Virus record (IMG/VR): IMGVR_UViG_3300042503_002724
Origin: an uncultured virus (IMG/VR IMGVR_UViG_3300042503_002724)
Taxonomy: Duplodnaviria > Heunggongvirae > Uroviricota > Caudoviricetes
Direction: 5' to 3' (one strand)
DNA length: 20,000 nucleotides
Shown: piece after piece, positions 14,753 through 20,000 of the stretch
Numbering within the stretch: the stretch's first letter is position 1
Layout: every line of letters begins with the position of its first letter
Position numbers and translations under genes: made by a program
Notes under the pieces: generated by a model
What the model was told of the DNA's origin: nothing
Database searches by the model: none
What the model saw: the letters and a program-made list of their open reading frames with translations, nothing else

Positions 14753-15863
14753 CTGCACTCCCGTCGTAAACGGCATCACAAGCGGTCAATAGTGCAGGGA
14801 ACGTGTGCCGATATTCCTTGCTAATTACTGCGAGAGTCGAGTCATTTACGTGCGCTCTTGTGCTGCTATGCACCGCCTCCAACGCGTTTGAGAACAGCCG
14901 CGAACCGTGCGCGCCGCGTTCAGCCGCCAGAAACACACCGCTGGGCGTACCAGCCATCTGTCGAACCTGATCGGCGAAAACCAGCATGTCCACGTAACTC
15001 ACGGCGCCGAGTGCGGCCCCCAGCTCTGCGCCCCGGTTAGCGGGAAAAAAGTGCGGCGCAGAATCGCCCAGCGCCAGGTGCACGGTCGCCGGAAGATGCA
15101 GCTCGTAGGCGGTAGCAAGAACGCTGCTGGCGCGTTCAGACGTCACCGGGAAACACCAGCGGCCAAGGACCTCGCCGTAACCGGTGCCCGCCTGCGCGCC
15201 CCGCAGCGCCGCACGATTCAATTCGGCCAGCTGTGCAAGCCGGTCGCCGTTGTTTCGGTACCCGCCGAAGATGGCGCGCTCGAAGTCACGCATGGCGGCG
15301 GCCGTGGTCATGGCCACGCCCGTCACGTAGCCGCGCTTCATCAACTCGACGACCACCGGACCCGCATTCTGCTCGATCGATTCGTGCCCCAGGAAAAGCA
15401 CGACAGGGCGGCTGTTGCTCCGGGCTGCGTGAATGACACGAGCATGCGCGAGCGCGGCCTCTGTGATGGCGCCGTCGTCGAGCTCGGGCACTTGCGCAAC
15501 CTGCGTGGGCAAAGCGTACTGCACAGTCGAGGTGTCCAGGAAACCGTGCGCGCTGTCGAGCTGCCGCGGCAAGAAAAGCTCTGGAGGCGTCTCGGCGGGA
15601 TCAGCCGGGTTGATCGGCCCAGTGCCGCAGAGCAACCACTCGGCGTTGACGAACCCGCCGCGGACCAGCCGGATCAGCACTGACATTTTCGGCGTGGTCT
15701 TGCCGCGCACGATGTCATGCATGGCCGGACGCGTGACCTTCACGGCGCGCGCAAACGCGCTGATGTTCCCGCCAAAGTCGCGGTCACACAGGTATTGCAG
15801 CCTCGGCAGCAACCCCGCCATCGCCGCTAGCTTCTTCGCTTTTCTGGGTCGTCGTTTCGCCAT
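14727..15863 (-). CDS. XRE/CI-type HTH fused to a degenerate deoxyhypusine-synthase-like domain (378 aa)
   Basis: N-terminal GNISAFARAVKVTRPAMHDIVRGKTTP...VNAEWLLCGTGP (phage repressor-like HTH). C-terminal VVLFLG...LMKRGYVTGVAM...DFERAIFG...GYGEVLG...SVLATAYELHLPATVH...GAALG resembles bacterial DHS-like proteins. Confidence 0.65.
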   Translation of the reverse strand: MAKRRPRKAKKLAAMAGLLPRLQYLCDRDFGGNISAFARAVKVTRPAMHDIVRGKTTPKMSVLIRLVRGGFVNAEWLLCGTGPINPADPAETPPELFLPRQLDSAHGFLDTSTVQYALPTQVAQVPELDDGAITEAALAHARVIHAARSNSRPVVLFLGHESIEQNAGPVVVELMKRGYVTGVAMTTAAAMRDFERAIFGGYRNNGDRLAQLAELNRAALRGAQAGTGYGEVLGRWCFPVTSERASSVLATAYELHLPATVHLALGDSAPHFFPANRGAELGAALGAVSYVDMLVFADQVRQMAGTPSGVFLAAERGAHGSRLFSNALEAVHSSTRAHVNDSTLAVISKEYRHTFPALLTACDAVYDGSADDHRLRRK

Positions 15864-16818
15864 GCACGCGGTCTCGCTTGAAAGCCTTGTAGAGTCCGTC
15901 GCCGCAAGTTCGAAATACGCCGGTGCCGCTGGTCAACCGCAGACCGTAGCTTGCCTGCAAATACGCCGCAGTCAACTCGGCGTAGGACGTAAGCAACCCA
16001 GTCGGGTATTCCATGAACGCGCCGATCAGCGGAGACAACGCGTCGTCATCGTTGATCCGCGCCGAGAGCGAGACGCGGGTTTTTGCGCCGCGCCACTTGA
16101 TCAGGGGCAACGTGCGCTGCGGCTTCGCCAGAAACAACTGCCGCACCTCGATGTCCCAACCATCTTCTTGCGGCGCCACAACTACCCGCCAGCACGACCC
16201 GACAGTCTTCCGCTGCAGTTGCTTCACCAGTTGGCGGTAGTTCTCGCGCTGGCTGCCGAGAAGCGCCTTGAGCCGTCGAGCGTACGCAAGCATCTCTTCG
16301 GGCTCAAGCCCGCGGGCGCTGCTGAAGTTCGGGATGCGGACGGGATAGGAAATTACCCGACACGTCAACACCAGGCCGTCATGCGTCTTTCTCGCCTTGG
16401 CAATGCGCCGCTTAAAACGCCGGTAAACAAACGCGGCAATCCGACCCCAGCAGAACGGGCAGACGCGATGCTGCTTGCATGGACGAATCCGCCCGCCGTT
16501 ACCGTATTGAAAGTACACGCTGGTCGGGCGGCAGTTCATGGTTCGCCGAAACGTCAACAGCTGCGAACTGCGCGCGGCATCCAGCGACCCGGGCTGCCAA
16601 AGCTTGTTAACGATCAGGTCTTTTGCGCGTCGAAACCAGAGGCCGTGCACCCGGTGAATGAGCCGAAACACGCAGCCGAACTGCATCTCGAGTTGGTGCC
16701 GCCGCTGGCCAGACGCGGGATACAGGACATGTTGGATAGAAAACCGCTGCGCCGTACGAGTGCTGACGCTCGCAATGCGCCAGTTTTGCATGCGATCGCG
16801 GTCGATTCCGAAAGACAC
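15784..16818 (-). CDS. Zn-finger protein resembling an inactivated rolling-circle Rep (HUH superfamily), 344 aa
   Basis: AAGGAGG RBS before GTG 16818; NCRP...CKQHRVCPFC Zn motif, LVLT (motif I-like), GSCWRVVV...GWDIEVRQLFL (HUH position without His), FMEYP, LRLTSGTGVFR. The CDS is solid; the family assignment is tentative. Confidence 0.5.
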   Translation of the reverse strand: MSFGIDRDRMQNWRIASVSTRTAQRFSIQHVLYPASGQRRHQLEMQFGCVFRLIHRVHGLWFRRAKDLIVNKLWQPGSLDAARSSQLLTFRRTMNCRPTSVYFQYGNGGRIRPCKQHRVCPFCWGRIAAFVYRRFKRRIAKARKTHDGLVLTCRVISYPVRIPNFSSARGLEPEEMLAYARRLKALLGSQRENYRQLVKQLQRKTVGSCWRVVVAPQEDGWDIEVRQLFLAKPQRTLPLIKWRGAKTRVSLSARINDDDALSPLIGAFMEYPTGLLTSYAELTAAYLQASYGLRLTSGTGVFRTCGDGLYKAFKRDRVHGETTTQKSEEASGDGGVAAEAAIPV

Positions 16819-16840
16819 GAAAGCCTCCTTGCGATAGATA

Positions 16841-17284
16841 TCAATTCATTGCGGGCAGCGCGTTCTTGCGCGGCCAGGTGTAGGGATGAGCCTGAAGCTT
16901 TTCAGCCTCTGCAGGACAAAGCGTCTGCAGCCAGCCGCTGGGTTTGCGACACAACGTGCCGGGCGCGCCCGTGACATCGCAGATCTTCGTGGACAGCATC
17001 TCAGCCAGGTCCACGGCGCCATTGATGTAGTCGTCGCCGCCTTCGTAGTAAATCCGCAAGGCGCCGAATTTTTCCTTGATCTGAAGAATCTTGACCGCCG
17101 GGCCTTTGTACGCCGCAGAAGTTGTGTGCCCGTTCATCAGCGCGCAAACGCTGTAAACTAACGTAAACCATCCGTCGCCGCACGCGCAGCCAAAAAACTG
17201 CTTCTCAACCGCCGCGATCTCGCGGATGCGGCTGAACAGATTTGGAAACGCCTTGACGAGTTTGTCTTCGAGCTCAATGTCCAC
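16841..17284 (-). CDS. Conserved phage hypothetical protein (QIKEKFG motif, 147 aa)
   Basis: CGDGWF...QIKEKFGALRIY...AE..S..ICDVTGAPG...W..TLC, a pattern recalled from widespread uncharacterised phage proteins. Confidence 0.8.
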   Translation of the reverse strand: MDIELEDKLVKAFPNLFSRIREIAAVEKQFFGCACGDGWFTLVYSVCALMNGHTTSAAYKGPAVKILQIKEKFGALRIYYEGGDDYINGAVDLAEMLSTKICDVTGAPGTLCRKPSGWLQTLCPAEAEKLQAHPYTWPRKNALPAMN

Positions 17285-17293
17285 AGGTGGTCC

Positions 17294-18034
17294 TCACGGT
17301 TTGAACGTGCCGTTGTTTTCGATGATGTTCTTCATAATTGCGATAAGGCGGTCTTTGTCGTCAGGATACTTTTTCTGCCACAAGAGAAGCTTGCGCGTTG
17401 CAGCAGGAACAACCGAATCAACGGCCTCGTCGTCGCCCAGATCAACCGAATCAACGTCCTCGTCGGCGCCCAGATCAAGGCCGAACTGCCCGTGGCCCGA
17501 TTCAAAGGCCTGCTCGATAAGCGCGAGCTGCGCACGAGAAAAGACGCGATTCATGCCGTTCGACAACTTTTCGTCTTCCTCGACAGAGTCGCCCAAACCA
17601 AAGCGCGCATTGTCAAGATCTTTGACCGTTGTCTGGTTGTTGAAGAGCGTGCAACTGACAAACACGGCACCCAGCGCACAACAACTGCACCGGTCGAGCT
17701 CACCGGTCAGCAGGTCGCGCTGGATTGATTGTGCTGCCACGGTTTCGTCACCCACCAGGTTCAACGGCTCGTAACGCTTCGGGTCAATCCAGACACCGCT
17801 CGCAGGCACGACGCGTTTCAGCTTGATCTGCGCGATCACATCCTTGGCGACGAGCACGCGCTTCTCGGCCGCAGTAGCCGCCGAGAAAATCTTGTTGCGG
17901 CGCGCAATCTCGCGCTGCACAGCCCGCTCAGCCAGCTGCTTCTTCGTCAGCGGCCGCGTTACCACCTTCGCTGCCGCCTTCCGCGGAGCCGTCTTGCGCT
18001 TGGCCTGGGTCTTGGACTTGGTCTTGGCTGCCAT
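17294..18034 (-). CDS. Hypothetical protein (246 aa) with Lys/Ala-rich N-terminus and CSCCALG motif
   Basis: ATG 18034 after AAGGA; MAAKTKSKTQAKRKTAPRKAAAK basic tail; internal 11-aa acidic duplication. Confidence 0.75.
   Translation of the reverse strand: MAAKTKSKTQAKRKTAPRKAAAKVVTRPLTKKQLAERAVQREIARRNKIFSAATAAEKRVLVAKDVIAQIKLKRVVPASGVWIDPKRYEPLNLVGDETVAAQSIQRDLLTGELDRCSCCALGAVFVSCTLFNNQTTVKDLDNARFGLGDSVEEDEKLSNGMNRVFSRAQLALIEQAFESGHGQFGLDLGADEDVDSVDLGDDEAVDSVVPAATRKLLLWQKKYPDDKDRLIAIMKNIIENNGTFKP
17411..17476. repeat. 33-bp tandem duplication (2 copies, 2 mismatches), in frame
   Basis: aaccgaatcaacggcctcgtcgtcgcccagatc (17411-17443) and aaccgaatcaacgtcctcgtcggcgcccagatc (17444-17476); encodes DLGADEDVDSV / DLGDDEAVDSV. 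Confidence 0.95.
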
Positions 18035-18485
18035 CTTCCGTTCCTTCTTGGGTCTCGAGTGCTTCGCGGCGCGAGTCGATACGCTCGCGCACCAGCCCCA
18101 CGGCGGTCTCGGCGTTCGAGACCTCAACGTAGGGCAGAATTTCACACAGGTGCTTGAATTTCGTCGCGCCCACCGAAGCGACGTTGATCTCGCCTGCTTC
18201 CTGGCTCGAGAAGTCCGACAGGCTGGCTACGGCGAACGCGTCGGCCTTGTCGGTGAAAACCAGGATGCGGTTGTCCTTGTCGGAAAAGAAGCTCGTGCCG
18301 CGAGCGTCGGTGATCACCCAGCGCACTGCATCCTCGCCGTCGTCGATGTAGCCCACGGCACGGCTGTGATGACCGTTGCTGTGATGCGGCGCCGCGTGGG
18401 CACAGCACTTCTTGAACTTCTGCCCTGAGCCGCACGGGCAGCGGTCATTGCGCTTCGGGATATCGAACCGCTTGCGGATGGTCAT
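17928..18485 (-). CDS. SEC-C motif protein (185 aa)
   Basis: N-terminal RNDRCPCGSGQKFKKCC, a short His-rich linker, a globular region and an acidic tail; ATGA coupling to the upstream gene. Confidence 0.85.
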   Translation of the reverse strand: MTIRKRFDIPKRNDRCPCGSGQKFKKCCAHAAPHHSNGHHSRAVGYIDDGEDAVRWVITDARGTSFFSDKDNRILVFTDKADAFAVASLSDFSSQEAGEINVASVGATKFKHLCEILPYVEVSNAETAVGLVRERIDSRREALETQEGTEDGSQDQVQDPGQAQDGSAEGGSEGGNAAADEEAAG

Positions 18486-18769
18486 GCAGGCCTTTCCGTC
18501 GTGTGACGCTTGATGAACAACGGCGTGTGCTCGCCGACGTATGCCGAGAGCGTGTTGAAACTGAGATGCTCCTCCGCGTCCAGCTCGTCGACGCCGTCAC
18601 GCTCGACGAGAATCGCCACGCAGGCGTCGTAGTCGTACACGGCTACGACGGCGTGGTGCTGGTTTACGGTGAAACCGAGATAGGCGCGCTCGAAACCATC
18701 GGCAAGCAGGGCCTCGGGGTTTGCGTCGCGCAGATCGTGGAAAGGATCAGCTTCCGGTTGGCAAGCCAT
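18482..18769 (-). CDS. Conserved phage hypothetical protein (95 aa)
   Basis: LLADGFERAYLG...VAVYDY...AEEHLSFNTLSAYVGEHTPLFI pattern recalled from small phage proteins; start moved to ATG 18769. Confidence 0.78.
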   Translation of the reverse strand: MACQPEADPFHDLRDANPEALLADGFERAYLGFTVNQHHAVVAVYDYDACVAILVERDGVDELDAEEHLSFNTLSAYVGEHTPLFIKRHTTERPA

Positions 18770-18932
18770 CTTCGTCCTTCCGTGGAGAGTTGGTGAATTT
18801 ACCGCGCCCAAGCTGCGCGTCAAGCTTTCCGAGAAGCAGTTGGGCGAAATTCCGGCGCAGCCGTTTGGCCTGCGGCGAAAGGCCGTCGCGCACCTGTGTC
18901 AGGCGCGCGCGTGCGTCCTTGCTGAGTGCCAT
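18747..18932 (-). CDS. Small basic hypothetical protein (61 aa)
   Basis: ATG 1 nt after the upstream stop, with GGAGG upstream; fills the gap. Confidence 0.6.
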   Translation of the reverse strand: MALSKDARARLTQVRDGLSPQAKRLRRNFAQLLLGKLDAQLGRGKFTNSPRKDEDGLPTGS

Positions 18933-18933
18933 G

Positions 18934-19185
18934 TCAGTCGTCCTCCAGCTCGTCGGCGATCGTGTCTACTTCGTCCCAGTTGAAGTGCAAGAACAGCCAG
19001 TCCGGGCCGTCGTTCTCGTCGAACGAAACCATCGAGCCGACGTAGCCCTCGTTCTCCGCGGCGGCTTCAGCCATCTCGTAATGCGTGCCGACGTCGTACT
19101 CGTCTTCCGGAAGGTCGACATTGCAGGCATAGAAATCAGCGGCACCGGCGGATTCGCGGCAGGCGACGACACATCTGATAATCAT
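18934..19185 (-). CDS. Small acidic hypothetical protein (83 aa)
   Basis: ATGA overlap with the upstream gene, GGAG RBS, strongly Asp/Glu-rich. Confidence 0.7.
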   Translation of the reverse strand: MIIRCVVACRESAGAADFYACNVDLPEDEYDVGTHYEMAEAAAENEGYVGSMVSFDENDGPDWLFLHFNWDEVDTIADELEDD

Positions 19186-19514
19186 GTGGCGTCTCCGTCG
19201 GCGTCGCTGTCATCGTCGTCGTCTTCCGTGCCCGACTCGCGTACTGCTTGGCACAGCTCGGAATGCGCGTCGGAGCACGCAAATACGAATTTGTCCAACG
19301 CGGCAATTCGAGCACAGCACTGATCGAGCATGGCAGCGGCTTCGCGAATGCGCATGCGGACCCACTCCGGAACCTGATCGATCTTTGAAGCTTCAGGCTT
19401 GGCGAGCACAAACACGCGAAGCGCAGCCGCAGAAATCTGGGCGTGCTTCTCCAGCTGGGACATGCCCGCGAAGATGTCGTCGGAATCGTTGTTGTTCTCT
19501 TCGGGTTGCGACAT
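19182..19514 (-). CDS. Hypothetical protein (110 aa), acidic termini
   Basis: ATG 19514 (MSQPEENN) after AGGAG RBS; the ORF-track extension to 19868 overlaps the upstream gene out of frame. Confidence 0.7.
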   Translation of the reverse strand: MSQPEENNNDSDDIFAGMSQLEKHAQISAAALRVFVLAKPEASKIDQVPEWVRMRIREAAAMLDQCCARIAALDKFVFACSDAHSELCQAVRESGTEDDDDDSDADGDAT

Positions 19515-19543
19515 GAAATGTCTCCTGAGTGAAAAATCTACGG

Positions 19544-20000
19544 TCACGACGCGGAAGATCGCGCCGTCATGTGGTTGCGCCAGCGAGCTGCGGCGCCGTT
19601 GTGGCCCGTTGGCTGCGCGATGATGTTCACGCGCTGCTGCGCGCCGACGGGCCGGTTGGCGCCGTTGCAGGCCCAGCAGCTGTTGCAGAGCGTCTCGTAC
19701 TTGTTCTTCTCGTTCTGGTGGGGGCACAGCACGGCGCCGGGGACCGACGGCTCGTTCGTGACCATGTACCAGCGCCAGCCCATGCTCTCGGCCAGCTGCG
19801 TGTCCTCGAGGGTCTCGCAGCTCGCCATCAAGTAAGGCCGGTAGCCCTGGTACTCGGGGCGGCGCCACTGGTGCGTGTATCCGGTGTACCGCCGCCCGGC
19901 TAAATAGGCCAGGCGCTCGACCAGGGGCAGGGGCAGCAGGACCGGGTCGCCGTAGGCACCGTACCTGACGCCCTTGGAGGCCGCCACAGCCTCGTAGAGC
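19544..20000 (-). CDS. Conserved phage protein, possibly GP88/radical-SAM-like fold; 5' end outside the window
   Basis: Frame open to the window edge; VRYGAYGDP...YTGYTHQW...LMASCE...GWRWY...CP...CNSCWAC Cys-rich C-terminus. Confidence 0.6.
   Translation of the reverse strand, partial: LYEAVAASKGVRYGAYGDPVLLPLPLVERLAYLAGRRYTGYTHQWRRPEYQGYRPYLMASCETLEDTQLAESMGWRWYMVTNEPSVPGAVLCPHQNEKNKYETLCNSCWACNGANRPVGAQQRVNIIAQPTGHNGAAARWRNHMTARSSAS

Noticed and set aside
15433..16974. Long plus-strand ORFs (this 513 aa one; also 3514-4791, 5837-7066, 12105-13259, 188-763)
   Set aside because: Antisense shadows of motif-supported minus-strand genes in GC-rich DNA; no recognisable domains.
17928..18485. 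secA fragment
   Set aside because: Only the SEC-C motif matches, it is N-terminal, and the rest lacks SecA motifs.
19515..19868. N-terminal extension of ORF 19182-19868
   Set aside because: Out-of-frame overlap with the better-supported upstream gene; good RBS at ATG 19514.
1..20000. CRISPR array or cas operon accompanying the RAMP-like gene
   Set aside because: No 25-40 nt repeats with regular spacers were seen, there is almost no non-coding space, and no cas1/2/3/5/6/10 motifs were recognised.

Overview
GC-rich, very tightly packed block of about 24 genes, all on the minus strand and often translationally coupled (ATGA/TAATG overlaps). It reads as the DNA replication/recombination module of a large bacteriophage or prophage-like element; this is inferred from gene content, as no structural genes are in the window. 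Confident calls: DnaG-type primase (partial, missed by the ORF track), DnaB/RecA-family helicase, SF2 helicase, SbcC/SbcD (Rad50/Mre11) pair, DEDDh exonuclease, bifunctional HldE, a SEC-C motif protein and several conserved phage hypotheticals. The most interesting signal is that this module embeds two proteins resembling the RNA-binding cores of RNA-guided systems: a stand-alone RAMP/Cas7-like protein (4709-5206) and an IS110/Nop-domain (TIGR-Tas-like) protein with degenerate catalytic motifs (6257-7189). The only sizeable non-coding gap (11029-11247) is structured, carries short repeated motifs and ends in a mini tRNA-like fold without a canonical anticodon arm. Two more proteins look like inactivated enzymes: a rolling-circle Rep-like protein lacking the HUH motif, and an HTH fused to a deoxyhypusine-synthase-like domain. 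Remote-homology calls come from motif recognition by eye and need HMM or structure confirmation. No canonical CRISPR or TIGR array was seen.
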